DNA of 64,000 bases. Origin: Anaerohalosphaeraceae bacterium. GTDB lineage: Bacteria > Planctomycetota > Phycisphaerae > Sedimentisphaerales > Anaerohalosphaeraceae. Below, piece by piece: positions 1-10,669 of the stretch. The stretch covers positions 160,001-224,000 of the forward strand of contig CAXXSL010000011.1 of NCBI GenBank assembly GCA_963675525.2, written 5' to 3'. The notes under the pieces were generated by a model, which did no database searches, had not been told where the DNA came from, and saw nothing but the letters and a program-made list of their open reading frames with translations. Every line of letters begins with the position of its first letter. The first letter of the stretch is position 1. A program made the position numbers and the translations under genes.

Positions 1-8
1 AGAAACGT

Positions 9-2012
9 ATGAAATTATTAAACTTAATTCTCACAGGTATTGTTTTATTATTCATTGAAAACGGATGCGCCCGAACACTCACGTATGTTGATCTTGTTGA
101 ACAACTAACGGACCTGGAACATCTGTCTTCCCTGCCGGAACCCGGTGAGGTCTGTCGGCAGTGGTCCAGTTATGACCGTTCCAGCCGATACGACGAAAAA
201 ACCGGCACGTATGTGAACTGGGACGCAAATAGTGACGGCTTCGGCGGCAAAGGCTGGATTCGCAAGGAAAAAGGCAAGCTGGTGCTTGCTGAGATGGAGG
301 GGCCGGGATGTATCTGGCGCATCTTTTCAGCAACCCCACAAGACGGGCACGTACGGATTTATCTGGATGGGCAATCTGAACCGGCAGTTGATTTACCCTT
401 TGTGGATTATTTCAATAAAACCGTCAAGCCATTTGACCGACCAGCGCTGGTACACCTTCTGGCCAGCGGAAAAAACAACTACACGCCGATCCCCTTTCAG
501 AAATCCTGTAAAATCGTCGCCGATAAAGACTACGGTGAATTTCACCATTTCACCTATACCCTGTTTCCAAAAGGAACGACGGTGCCGACCTTTTCGATGA
601 ATCTCACTGAGGTTGAATCCCAGGCACTGGATAAAGCCAACGCCTCTCTGTCTGATTGCGGGCCGCAGTCAGCCATGACTTCTCCGGACCAGCGAACAGA
701 AACTTTCGATCTGTTTCTATCCGCCGGGCAAAAAGAAGCATTTGAAATCACCGGACAACGCGCGATTACCTCTGTTATCGTAAAAGCCCAACTGCCGGAG
801 GATGTCGATCTGCAACGAAAAATACTGAGGGAAATTTCCATACAGGCTTATTGGGATAATGAACAAACCCCCAGCATCTGGAGCCCGCTGGGCGACTTCT
901 TCGGCACGGGGCCGGGAATGAATCTGTACAAGTCCCTGCCTTTGGGGATGACCCAACAGGGTTTTTATTCCAACTGGTACATGCCGTTTGAAAACCATGC
1001 AAAACTGGAAATCGTTAATGAAGGCCAGCAGACCCAAACCATTTCCGTTACGATGACCCACGCACCCCATTCAATGCCCGCCGGCTCGTATGGTAAATTC
1101 CACGCCAAGTGGCATCGCGATGTGTTTTTACCCACGGAAGCCGAGCGATGGATTGACTGGACCATGCTGAAAACCACCGGCCAGGGACGCTTTTGCGGGG
1201 TTCAACTGCAAATCTGGAATCCCCGCGGCGGTTGGTGGGGCGAAGGCGATGAAAAGTTCTTTGTGGACGGCGAAAAATTCCCTTCGACGTATGGGACGGG
1301 CTCTGAAGATTATTTCGGATACGCCTGGAGTGACGGGACGCTGTTTGAAAACAGCTTCCACAATCAGACAATCAGTGAAGGTAACAAAGGACATATTTCC
1401 GTCAACCGGTGGCATATTACCGATAATGTTCCGTTCCAGAGTTCCTTTGAAGGAACGATTGAAAAATATTGGGCTAATGAACGCCCGACGCAGTACGCCT
1501 GTGTCGCCTATTGGTATCAGGCCGGAGGCAAGGATCTTTATGAATCGGTTCCGGTAAGTGACCGTGTAGATTATTACACCCAATTGACCTATCCGCTGGA
1601 CATCGCCGGAATGCTTGTACTCGAAAAACCCGAAGGACAGTTGGAATCGCAAGGGATGGGCTGGATTACCACCGATAAATGGAGAAACGGCGAACAACTT
1701 TGGTGGATTGGACAACCCGGAAAAAAGCTTAACATCGCCATTGATACCGAAAAGAAAAACAACTATCGCATCTCGACACGTCTGACAAAAGCGGCCGACT
1801 ATGGCATAATCCAGTTTTACCTGGATGGACAGAAAGTACTTGAACCGATGGACCTCTACCATCCGGACAGCGTTATTGCCACAAAGGAGATCGAACTGGG
1901 CAATTTCGATTTGGATAAAGGCCGCCACATTCTCACCGTGGAAGTTGTCGGCAGCAATCCAAAAGCAATTCAGCGTTACATGGTCGGAATTGACTATGTG
2001 GATGTTAAATAA
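9..2012 (+). CDS. Secreted DUF2961 (GH172-like) glycoside hydrolase with C-terminal beta-sandwich/CBM-like domain
   Basis: Signal peptide. DUF2961-type motifs SSYDR, GPGCIWRI, WWGEGDEKFFVDGE, GTGSEDYFGYAW. Confidence 0.8.
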   Translation: MKLLNLILTGIVLLFIENGCARTLTYVDLVEQLTDLEHLSSLPEPGEVCRQWSSYDRSSRYDEKTGTYVNWDANSDGFGGKGWIRKEKGKLVLAEMEGPGCIWRIFSATPQDGHVRIYLDGQSEPAVDLPFVDYFNKTVKPFDRPALVHLLASGKNNYTPIPFQKSCKIVADKDYGEFHHFTYTLFPKGTTVPTFSMNLTEVESQALDKANASLSDCGPQSAMTSPDQRTETFDLFLSAGQKEAFEITGQRAITSVIVKAQLPEDVDLQRKILREISIQAYWDNEQTPSIWSPLGDFFGTGPGMNLYKSLPLGMTQQGFYSNWYMPFENHAKLEIVNEGQQTQTISVTMTHAPHSMPAGSYGKFHAKWHRDVFLPTEAERWIDWTMLKTTGQGRFCGVQLQIWNPRGGWWGEGDEKFFVDGEKFPSTYGTGSEDYFGYAWSDGTLFENSFHNQTISEGNKGHISVNRWHITDNVPFQSSFEGTIEKYWANERPTQYACVAYWYQAGGKDLYESVPVSDRVDYYTQLTYPLDIAGMLVLEKPEGQLESQGMGWITTDKWRNGEQLWWIGQPGKKLNIAIDTEKKNNYRISTRLTKAADYGIIQFYLDGQKVLEPMDLYHPDSVIATKEIELGNFDLDKGRHILTVEVVGSNPKAIQRYMVGIDYVDVK

Positions 2013-2043
2013 CAGGACAGCACGTCTATAAAGGATTTAAATA

Positions 2044-4629
2044 ATGATGGCAAGTAAGCTGAAACATTGTTGCTTTATATTTTTATTCATCTCCATATTG
2101 ACTGCCCTCGCTTCAAACGAGGCCGTTAAAAGCGGAGAATTCAAAAAAATCTATGACCCCGGCGTTGGTGAAAAAAGCAACTGGTATATCAATGACCACT
2201 GTTTTATTCGTGCCAAAGACGGGACATGGCATTTGTTCGGCATCACGCATCCGGAACCTTTGGATCCGATGGATGAAGACAACCTGGCCCATGCAACCGC
2301 AGATTCGCTGACACAATGCCCGTGGCAGAAGCAGGAGTTCGCCTTAAGTGTCGATGCAGCCTGGAACGAAGTGCATTTATGGGCGCCCTATGTCATCGAA
2401 CACGACGGCACGTATTATATGTATTACTGCGCCGGTGACCCTGACAATTCAAAATACAAAATTAATCTGGCAACCTCAAAAGACCTTTATAACTGGGTTC
2501 GCCATCCTGAAAATCCCCTCATCGTGGATGGCTATGATGCACGGGACCCCTATATCTTAAAAGTCGATGATACATGGGTCATGTATTACACCGCAACCTC
2601 AGAACCCAAAAAAGGTAAACATATCGTCGCCTGCCAAACCAGTAATGACCTCGTGCACTGGTCCAACCGGCAAACCGTTTTTACCGACCCTTCCGTCGGA
2701 ACCTGGGGCGGGCCGACCGAGTCCCCCACCGTCATTCGAAGGGGAAAAATATATTACCTGTTTATCGGCCCGCGGGATGATTATCGCGGCACCTGTGTCT
2801 ATAAAAGCACCGATCCTTTTCATTGGGACATCAAAGACTTAGCCGGACAGATTAAGTCCCATGCCGCCGAAGTCATCAGGGACAGCAAGGGCAAGTGGTA
2901 TGTCAGCCATTGCGGATGGGGACAGGGCGGCGTGTATCTGGCCCCGCTATACTGGAATGACGGACTGGATGACGCAGACACTTCATTGAAACCCGGCAAC
3001 GGCGTCACCCTGCCGGAAAAAATCGTAACACCCGAAACCGGCCGCCTTCCCATGACGGACTATCGGGACAAAATGATGGCCGGATGGCTGGGACAAATGG
3101 TCGGCGTTACATGGGGATTTCCGGTTGAGTTTAAATACCTGGGACAAATGATACCGGAAAAAAATGTGCCCCAATGGAAACCGGAAATGATTAACCACGC
3201 ATTTGAGCAGGACGATTTGTATGTGGAAATGACGTTCCTGAGAACATTGCAGCAATATGGATTTGATGTATCAAGCCGGCAGGCGGGAATTGATTTTGCA
3301 AATTCCTTGTACCCGCTCTGGCACGCAAACGATTCAGGGCGCATCAATCTCCGGCAGGGAATCGCCCCGCCCGATTCCGGGCATCCCAAATACAATCCGC
3401 ACGCGGACGACATTGATTACCAGATTGAAGCGGACTTTGCCGGACTCATCAGTCCTGCAATGGGCAATCACGCCGTCATGCTGGGCAATAAATTCGGACG
3501 AATCGTCAATTACGGTGACGGCCTGTACGGCGGCCAGTTTGTCGCGGCTATGTACAGCATTGCGTTTATCGAAACTGAACCTGAAAAAATTATTACACAA
3601 GCGTTAAATTACATCCCCGCGGAAAGCCAGTACGCCGAAGCCATCCGGGATGTACTCAAATGGCACCGAGAATATCCCGGGGACTGGACAACAACATGGG
3701 AAAAGATTGACCAAAAATATCAACTCAATCCGGACTATCGAAAGTTCAGTTGTGACAAAGGAAAATTCAATATCGACGCTAAGATTAACGGCGCTTATAT
3801 CGTCATGGGATTGTTGTACGGAGACAAGGATATCGAAAAAACAATCCAAATTTCCATGCGATGCGGACAGGATGCCGACTGTAATCCATCGAACGCTGCA
3901 GGGATCCTATTTACAACAAAAGGATTGGCCGGATTGCCCGCCCAATATAAAGCGTTTGACCCGACACAGAAATTTATTCATACGCCTTATGACCTGCCGA
4001 ATTTGTTTGATGCTTGCGAATCATTGGCTCGGTTGGCGGTTTATCGCGCCGGGGGCCGAACTGAATCGGATGGGGCCGGAAAAGAAGTTTTAATCATTCC
4101 AAAACAAAAAGCAAAACCGAACCAGCTACAACAATCATCCAAACCCGGACCGGTTGCAAGAAGCCATTACACGCGAGAAGAAATGGCAAAAATAAAAGAC
4201 GGACTCCAGATAGCTAGCGGCCCCGTCGCACCGGGTTGGACCATCAAAAACTGCGGAGCAGAGATGTCGCCGGGCTATTACAAAAAATTCGCGGGCAAAA
4301 CAGATATCCTTGTCACACATCCGCTTGACAAAACCACCGGTTGCTCGCTGAGCAAACAACTCCAGATTCCCGAAGAAGGCGACACCACCCTGCAACTGTC
4401 CGTGGGCCGCCATCCCGAAGGCGACTGGACACTCATCGTAAAAGCAAACGGAAAAGAAATTCTCAAAAAAGACGTCGATGCCAAAAATGCGCCGGATGGA
4501 TTCATGGATGTAACCGTTGACCTGTCAGACTACGCCAATCAGACAATCAATCTCGAATTGATTAACCAGCCCAATGGATGGGCCTGGGAAGGCGCATACT
4601 GGGACCGTATTGGAGTCGTAACAAAATAA
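2044..4629 (+). CDS. Secreted five-bladed beta-propeller glycosidase (GH43/GH32-like) fused to an ADP-ribosylglycohydrolase-family domain and a C-terminal beta-sandwich
   Basis: N-terminal INDH, LWAP, DARDP and TESP motifs. Central GWLGQMVGVTWGFPVE, QDDLYVE and GQDADCNPSNAAGI motifs of ARH-fold proteins. Confidence 0.75.
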   Translation: MMASKLKHCCFIFLFISILTALASNEAVKSGEFKKIYDPGVGEKSNWYINDHCFIRAKDGTWHLFGITHPEPLDPMDEDNLAHATADSLTQCPWQKQEFALSVDAAWNEVHLWAPYVIEHDGTYYMYYCAGDPDNSKYKINLATSKDLYNWVRHPENPLIVDGYDARDPYILKVDDTWVMYYTATSEPKKGKHIVACQTSNDLVHWSNRQTVFTDPSVGTWGGPTESPTVIRRGKIYYLFIGPRDDYRGTCVYKSTDPFHWDIKDLAGQIKSHAAEVIRDSKGKWYVSHCGWGQGGVYLAPLYWNDGLDDADTSLKPGNGVTLPEKIVTPETGRLPMTDYRDKMMAGWLGQMVGVTWGFPVEFKYLGQMIPEKNVPQWKPEMINHAFEQDDLYVEMTFLRTLQQYGFDVSSRQAGIDFANSLYPLWHANDSGRINLRQGIAPPDSGHPKYNPHADDIDYQIEADFAGLISPAMGNHAVMLGNKFGRIVNYGDGLYGGQFVAAMYSIAFIETEPEKIITQALNYIPAESQYAEAIRDVLKWHREYPGDWTTTWEKIDQKYQLNPDYRKFSCDKGKFNIDAKINGAYIVMGLLYGDKDIEKTIQISMRCGQDADCNPSNAAGILFTTKGLAGLPAQYKAFDPTQKFIHTPYDLPNLFDACESLARLAVYRAGGRTESDGAGKEVLIIPKQKAKPNQLQQSSKPGPVARSHYTREEMAKIKDGLQIASGPVAPGWTIKNCGAEMSPGYYKKFAGKTDILVTHPLDKTTGCSLSKQLQIPEEGDTTLQLSVGRHPEGDWTLIVKANGKEILKKDVDAKNAPDGFMDVTVDLSDYANQTINLELINQPNGWAWEGAYWDRIGVVTK

Positions 4630-4659
4630 CATTGTAACCACGTTAAAGAGGTACATTAA

Positions 4660-6045
4660 ATGGAAGAAGAACAACAATCAACTAAGTGCGGCCAAAAAGT
4701 GATTTTCATAAAAGAAAAGTTTGGATATGCGGCCGGGGATACGGCTTCCTGCTTATTTTATTCCACGATCTCGATGTTTATGACCATCTTCTATACTGAC
4801 ACCTTCGGTATCTCGGCTGCCGCTGTAGGTACCATGTTCTTAGTCACGCGTATATGGGACACATTCAACGATCCCATGATGGGAATTATTGCAGACCGAA
4901 CTCAGTCTCGATATGGGAAATTTCGTCCCTGGCTGCTATGGATGGCCTTACCTTATGCTGTTATTGGTGTGATGGCTTTTACGACTCCCAATTTCAGTAT
5001 GACCGGAAAACTTGTTTATGCCTATATTACCTACACCTTGCTCACAATGGTTTATACCGCTGTTAATATTCCCTATGGTGCTCTTTTGGGGGTGATATCA
5101 CCCAATTCCGATGAACGTACCGCACTTTCATCATGGCGGTTCATTGGCGCCTTTTCTGGAAATCTGTTTGTTCAGGGAACCCTCCTCTATTTGGTCAGTT
5201 TTTTGGGGAAAGGCAACAATCAACGCGGATACCAACTGGCTGTGGGGATTTTCGGCATTCTAGCAGCGGGCCTGTTTCTTTTTACATTTTTCTCTACTAA
5301 GGAGCGTATTCAGCCGCTTAAACAGAAATCTAACGTTCGACAGGATGCCTTTGACCTGATCCGAAACCGCCCCTGGTTGATCCTGGGATTCATGAGCATT
5401 ATAACCCTGATCTGGGTATCCCTTCGCGGTACGGCCATGATGTATTACTTTAAGTATTATATTGGCAAGGAGTCTCTGGCCTCTCCGTTTATGGTTACCG
5501 GGACCGTTATTACCATTCTCGGTGTGATATCAACGACCAAAATGACACAATTTTTTGGAAGCAAGAAACGTACATATATTATCGTTAGTTTGATCAATGC
5601 CTTATGCCTGGCGGTTTTTTACTTCGCCGGTCCCGATAATTTTGTTTTAATCTACGCGACACATATTGTTGCATCTTTCTTTACCGGTCCTATATTCCCC
5701 ATGACGTGGTCCATGTACGCAGACACAGCCGATTATTCCGAATGGCGATTTGGAAGGCGTGCGACAGGCCTGATCTTCTCAGCGGGTACATTTTCGCAGA
5801 AAATGGGGTGGACCATCGGTGGCACCGTTGCAGCCTGGGTTCTGGCCTGGATCGGATTCAAGGCGAATGTCGACCAGACCGACAGGGCTTTAAATGGAAT
5901 CAAAATGATGATGAGCATCTTACCTGCCGTCGGCTCTATTCTCGCAGCCGGTGCGTCTTTGTTTTATAATCTTGATGCCAGGAAGATGCAGCAAATAGGA
6001 CAGGATTTGGTGGCCAGAAAACAGAACGCTGCCTCATCAGAATAA
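4660..6045 (+). CDS. MFS glycoside-pentoside-hexuronide (GPH) cation symporter
   Basis: EKFGYAAGD, RIWDTFNDPMMGIIADRT, GKFRPW, NIPYGAL, ADTADYSEWRFGRRATG; about 12 hydrophobic segments. Confidence 0.93.
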   Translation: MEEEQQSTKCGQKVIFIKEKFGYAAGDTASCLFYSTISMFMTIFYTDTFGISAAAVGTMFLVTRIWDTFNDPMMGIIADRTQSRYGKFRPWLLWMALPYAVIGVMAFTTPNFSMTGKLVYAYITYTLLTMVYTAVNIPYGALLGVISPNSDERTALSSWRFIGAFSGNLFVQGTLLYLVSFLGKGNNQRGYQLAVGIFGILAAGLFLFTFFSTKERIQPLKQKSNVRQDAFDLIRNRPWLILGFMSIITLIWVSLRGTAMMYYFKYYIGKESLASPFMVTGTVITILGVISTTKMTQFFGSKKRTYIIVSLINALCLAVFYFAGPDNFVLIYATHIVASFFTGPIFPMTWSMYADTADYSEWRFGRRATGLIFSAGTFSQKMGWTIGGTVAAWVLAWIGFKANVDQTDRALNGIKMMMSILPAVGSILAAGASLFYNLDARKMQQIGQDLVARKQNAASSE

Positions 6046-6060
6046 TGGAGAAACAGCCTT

Positions 6061-7050
6061 ATGAGTAATACGATTATTGGAAACAAATTGCCCACGATCC
6101 CCTGGCAAGACAAACCTTCCGGGTGTGATTTTCCTATGTGGCGATATAGTAAAAACCCTATCATTGATTGGAATCCTATTCCACGTGTAGCTCGTATATT
6201 TAATAGTGCGGTCATGGCCGTAGATGACCGATATGTAGGAGTTTTTCGCGCCGATTACCGTAACGGACGTCCCCAACTGCATTTGGGAACGAGTAACGAC
6301 GCGCTGAATTGGGATATCGAACATGAGATGATCCCCTGGCAGGATGAATCCGGCCAACCCGTGCAAAACAGTTTTGCCTACGATCCACGTATCGTAAAGA
6401 TCGACGATACCGTTTATATCACCTGGTGTGACGATTTCCCCGGAGCTTCAATCGGCTTGGGACGAACCCAGGATTTCAAGATTTTTGTGAAGATGGATAA
6501 CCCGCTTATGCCCTTCAATCGCAACGGCGTTCTTTTTCCGCGCAAGGTCAAGGGCGAGTACTTACTCCTAAGTCGTCCAAGTGACAATGGACATACGCCT
6601 TTAGGCGACATCTTTCTATCCCACAGTATGGATATGATTTACTGGGGAAAACACAGCATCGTCATGACAAAAGGTGGGCAGGGCTGGTGGCAAGGAACCA
6701 AAATCGGCGCAGGACCTATCCCGATTGAAACCCGCCAGGGATGGCTGCTCTTTTATCATGGTGTATCCTGGACCTGCAACGGCTATGTCTATAGCATTGG
6801 CGCCGCCTTATTGGACCTGGACGACCCGAGCCAAGTCATTTACCGCACCCGAGACTACCTCCTGACTGCAGAACGTCCATACGAAACCGCAGGATTTGTG
6901 CCGAATGTGTGCTTCCCCTGTGCTGCGCTGTGCGATTCCGCCACAGGCCGTATTGCGCTGTACTACGGTGCGGCAGATACATATACCGCTGTGGCCTTTT
7001 GCCAAATTGATGAATTGCTTGATTATATGAAAGCCAACTCGGAAGTATAG
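6061..7050 (+). CDS. GH130 beta-1,4-mannooligosaccharide phosphorylase
   Basis: RIFNSAV, YDPRI, PFNRNGVLFPRK, RPSDNGHTPLGDI, KIGAGPIPIET, GFVPNVCFPC, YYGAADT. Confidence 0.92.
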   Translation: MSNTIIGNKLPTIPWQDKPSGCDFPMWRYSKNPIIDWNPIPRVARIFNSAVMAVDDRYVGVFRADYRNGRPQLHLGTSNDALNWDIEHEMIPWQDESGQPVQNSFAYDPRIVKIDDTVYITWCDDFPGASIGLGRTQDFKIFVKMDNPLMPFNRNGVLFPRKVKGEYLLLSRPSDNGHTPLGDIFLSHSMDMIYWGKHSIVMTKGGQGWWQGTKIGAGPIPIETRQGWLLFYHGVSWTCNGYVYSIGAALLDLDDPSQVIYRTRDYLLTAERPYETAGFVPNVCFPCAALCDSATGRIALYYGAADTYTAVAFCQIDELLDYMKANSEV

Positions 7051-9023
7051 TGATGGGGATATTGAACAGCAAAAAATCATATATCTTAAAAGGCAAAATT
7101 TTCCTGTTAATCCAGTTTGCTCTGTCTGGCCATCTGACGGACTCTGAGCCGAATCGGATTCTGTGGAACAACCAAAAACTGTTTCTAAACGGTGCGAATG
7201 TTGCCTATATTAACTTCGCACGTGATATCGGCCCCGGCAAGACTTACTTTGACCAATTTGAGACAATGTTTCAGCAGGTTCATGAAGCGGGCGGCAACTG
7301 CATGCGGCTCTGGTTGCATACGAATGGCGTGAATACCCCAGCATTTGGAGAAACGGGACATGTTGTCGGCCCCGGCGAAGATGCAATTGAAGATATACGA
7401 AAAATTTTGGATCTGGCATGTGAAAACGAACTGGGTTTGATAGTATGCCTGTGGTCCTTTGATATGCTTCGTTGGGAACTTGACGATGAGATACGCCAAA
7501 GGAACAAATGCCTGCTCACCGAAACCGAATATACCCAAGCCTATATCGATCATGCGCTGGAGCCCATGGTTAAGGCCCTGAAGGGACATCCGGGATTATT
7601 AGCATGGGAGATATTCAATGAACCCGAAGGCATGACGGATGAATTTGGGTGGAAGCATTGTGATCGCGTGAAAATGCAGGACATTCAGCGCATTGTCAAC
7701 CAATGTGCCGGTTCAATCCGACGCTTGGATCCGAAGGTGTTAATCACAAACGGTGCCTGGAACGTGAGATCCACTGTAGATGTGGATGGTTGCACAAACT
7801 ACTATTCAGACAAAGCGCTGATTGCGGCTGGTCATGATCCGGATGGGATTTTAGATTTTTACAGCCTTCACTATTATGATTGGGCGGGGAAGGACCATTC
7901 GCTATTCAGAAAGCCGGCTTCGTTTTGGCAACTTGACAAACCCTTGGTTTGTGCCGAGTTCGAAATGACAGAATCCTTTGGTGTTGCGGCTTTCGATAAA
8001 CATATCAGGCTCTATGAAAACGGCTATGCCGGGGCATTGGGTTATGCATGGGGGCCGGTCGATCATTTCAGTGCTCCGGCTATATTGGGTCAGGGGATGA
8101 TGCGTGTTTTTAATACAGACAAAGAAGCAGTCAAACTTAATATGAAAACCGGCTTTCTGACACGGTTTGCGGCGGACCCCCAAACGATTGAAGCGGGACA
8201 ATGCAGCAAACTGATCTGGCGTGCAACCCCGGGGTCAAAAGTATCGTTGAATGGACAATTGTTTTCGGAAATGGGTTCCCTGTCCGTTAAACCAACAACC
8301 ACGACTGTCTATACGATTACGACAGCAGACTTGCAGGATAGTCGGCAGACAGAAGTAAAGGTTTTGCCCTCCGGCATGATAAAAATGTTTACGGCGGACG
8401 TCTTACGTATCGAGCCCGGAGACACTGTCAACTTGTCCTGGAACACAACAAGCGGTTCTCAAGTGACACTCAACAGCCAGGCAGTCTCTAAAGACGGGAC
8501 GCTTCAGGTTCATCCCGACAAATCGGCAGAGTACATACTATCGGCCAAGGGCAAGCAGAACGAGAATCGGACGATCAGGATCGAGGTAGCAGAACCTGCG
8601 ACCATCAATCGCGCCCTCAATAAACCTGTAACAGTATCATCATCGGACATTCGCCCGGGCACTGACAAGCCAGCATTTCTCAATGACGCCGACGCCGCCA
8701 CACGCTGGGCCAGCAAATATGCGCCCGACCAGTGGGTTGTCATTGATTTAGGGAAGACATTTGACATCAAACGAGTTATTCTCAACTGGGAGCTTGCCAG
8801 CGGCAGGAAATACAAAGTGCAGCTTTCGGATAATGCCTCGGTATGGACAGACATTTACGAAACGACAGAAGGTGACGGTGGCATTGACACTCTGAACGGT
8901 CTGCAGGGATCGGGGCGTTTTATACGACTGCTTCTGACAGAGAGGAACACGAAATACGGGTATTCGCTTTGGGAAATTGAAGTCTATGGTGAACCATCGA
9001 CGCACGGATCGGAATCGCAATAA
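7050..9023 (+). CDS. GH5-type endo-beta-mannanase with two Ig-like repeats and a C-terminal F5/8 type C (CBM32-like) domain
   Basis: FLNGANVAY, GGNCMRLWLH, AWEIFNEPEG, FYSLHYY, VCAEF. Tandem FxAD...LxW...YTI repeats. TRWAS...IDLG...YSLWEIEVYG discoidin signature. Confidence 0.8.
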   Translation: MMGILNSKKSYILKGKIFLLIQFALSGHLTDSEPNRILWNNQKLFLNGANVAYINFARDIGPGKTYFDQFETMFQQVHEAGGNCMRLWLHTNGVNTPAFGETGHVVGPGEDAIEDIRKILDLACENELGLIVCLWSFDMLRWELDDEIRQRNKCLLTETEYTQAYIDHALEPMVKALKGHPGLLAWEIFNEPEGMTDEFGWKHCDRVKMQDIQRIVNQCAGSIRRLDPKVLITNGAWNVRSTVDVDGCTNYYSDKALIAAGHDPDGILDFYSLHYYDWAGKDHSLFRKPASFWQLDKPLVCAEFEMTESFGVAAFDKHIRLYENGYAGALGYAWGPVDHFSAPAILGQGMMRVFNTDKEAVKLNMKTGFLTRFAADPQTIEAGQCSKLIWRATPGSKVSLNGQLFSEMGSLSVKPTTTTVYTITTADLQDSRQTEVKVLPSGMIKMFTADVLRIEPGDTVNLSWNTTSGSQVTLNSQAVSKDGTLQVHPDKSAEYILSAKGKQNENRTIRIEVAEPATINRALNKPVTVSSSDIRPGTDKPAFLNDADAATRWASKYAPDQWVVIDLGKTFDIKRVILNWELASGRKYKVQLSDNASVWTDIYETTEGDGGIDTLNGLQGSGRFIRLLLTERNTKYGYSLWEIEVYGEPSTHGSESQ

Positions 9024-9048
9024 CATAAGTTCTTAAAGGAAATCAGTT

Positions 9049-10173
9049 ATGAAAAAACTATATTTTTTTCATATTATTACCATCTTGATGATTTTGGCGG
9101 GATGCCATACACAAACACAACCATCTGCTACGGATGAAATCTACTCACCTGTTGGGTTTGTCAAAGGGTTTTCGTGGGGGTGGACCGGCTATCGAGGTCA
9201 GTATGAAGGGCCGGAACCAAAGGAATCCATGCTAAAACTGGCCGCTACCAACGCAAACTTTGTCTGCCTGTCGTTCGGCGCTGAAATGGAAACTTTTGAT
9301 TCGCCAAAAATTCTCTGGTCCAAGACAAATCCCAAGATGGTCACCGACGATGAAATCCGCCAGGCCATTAGATTGGCACGGGATAACAACCTTAAAATCA
9401 TCATGAAGCCTGTTGTAAATGTTCGCGACACAACTTGGCGCGCCTGGATCAAATTCAACAACGAAGACGGTACAAAAAATCCGGAGGCGTGGGAAAATTG
9501 GTGGCAGGACTTCAGGGCGATGCTGCTCCACTACGCCGAAATCGCACAGGAAACAAACTGTGAAATGTTGTGTCTCGGCTGCGAGATGGAAGCCACAGAA
9601 GATGATGAAAACAAGTGGCGTGCCCTCATCGCCGATATCCGAAAGGTTTATACCGGTGTTCTTACATACAACGCCAACTGGGGCAGGGAAGACAACATCG
9701 CATGGTGGGACGCTCTTGATATAATCAGTATCAGTGCATACTACCCCGTTGGCAGTGATGACGCCAATAAGGCACTGGACGCCGGCCTCAGCACAGTCCC
9801 CGAATCGGACAGCACCGTGGAAGCCATCAAAAAACGGTGGCAGCCCATCAAAGAGAACCTGGCTGTCATAAGCGGTAAATACAACCGCCCCATTCTGTTT
9901 ATCGAACTGGGTGTTTGCAGCGCAAAAGGCTTCAGCGCCGCACCCTGGACACATCACCAACCAGATGCCATTTATGATGGAGATGAACAACGGAGATTTT
10001 ATCAGGCCACAATGGAGACATTCTGGAACGAGCCGTGGTTTGTTGGATTTACCTGGTGGGCCTGGTTGCCGCACTTATACACACCCGAGGAGGCAAAAAG
10101 CCATACGGGGTTTTGCATCTATGGTAAACCGGCGGAAAAAGTGGTGACTGAATGGTACAGGAAATCCAGATAA
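9049..10173 (+). CDS. GH113 beta-mannanase, lipoprotein
   Basis: Lipobox LAGC; VKGFSWGW, IMKPVVNV, WRAWI, LGCEM, LTYNAN, ISAYYP, LFIELG. Confidence 0.88.
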   Translation: MKKLYFFHIITILMILAGCHTQTQPSATDEIYSPVGFVKGFSWGWTGYRGQYEGPEPKESMLKLAATNANFVCLSFGAEMETFDSPKILWSKTNPKMVTDDEIRQAIRLARDNNLKIIMKPVVNVRDTTWRAWIKFNNEDGTKNPEAWENWWQDFRAMLLHYAEIAQETNCEMLCLGCEMEATEDDENKWRALIADIRKVYTGVLTYNANWGREDNIAWWDALDIISISAYYPVGSDDANKALDAGLSTVPESDSTVEAIKKRWQPIKENLAVISGKYNRPILFIELGVCSAKGFSAAPWTHHQPDAIYDGDEQRRFYQATMETFWNEPWFVGFTWWAWLPHLYTPEEAKSHTGFCIYGKPAEKVVTEWYRKSR

Positions 10174-10179
10174 CAGAAT

Positions 10180-10530
10180 AATCTTAACATCGACCTGATT
10201 TCGGCGGGCTGCCATGGAAAGATTGACAAACGTGTTCCGATATGGCTGGAAAACGGCATCAATATAATGTTCCCGGTCGAAGTCAGCCGTTGGCGGGCCA
10301 GTATCGCCCCATGGCGCGAAATATACGGTCAGACAATTCGTGCCATTGGCGGCGTCCAAAAAAATGTATTTGCTCTGGACAAAAAAGCCGTTGATGATGA
10401 AATCCAGCGGGTCCGCCCACTCGTGGATTTAGGAGGGTACATCCCCTGCCCCGACCACTATATCCCTCCTGAGGCCCAATGGCCGCTGGTCAAATATTAT
10501 GGTGAAAAAATGCGTGGCATGCTTGCATGA
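10180..10530 (+). pseudogene. C-terminal remnant of a uroporphyrinogen decarboxylase/MtaA-CmuA family protein
   Basis: The frame is open from just after the GH113 stop: IDLISAGCHGKIDKRVPIWLENGINIMFPVEV...GGVQK...GGYIPCPDH. The N-terminal two thirds are absent. Confidence 0.75.
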
Positions 10531-10669
10531 ATGAATCATAACCCCTTACGGAAACAGGAGATAGAACTCTCTTGTACATTGAAATGAATTGTCAAAATAT
10601 CCGAACAATTCTAATAGAATCTTTTGAATATTTATGTTAGAGTGACTCTTGAATTGATAATTAATTTTT

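Noticed and set aside
1128..1928. 266-aa minus-strand ORF (likewise 9232..10074 and 56207..56992)
   Set aside because: Antisense shadows of well-supported genes.
10171..10173. Stop-codon readthrough fusing GH113 to the URO-D fragment
   Set aside because: The stop is TAA, GH113 is complete, and the fragment looks degenerate.
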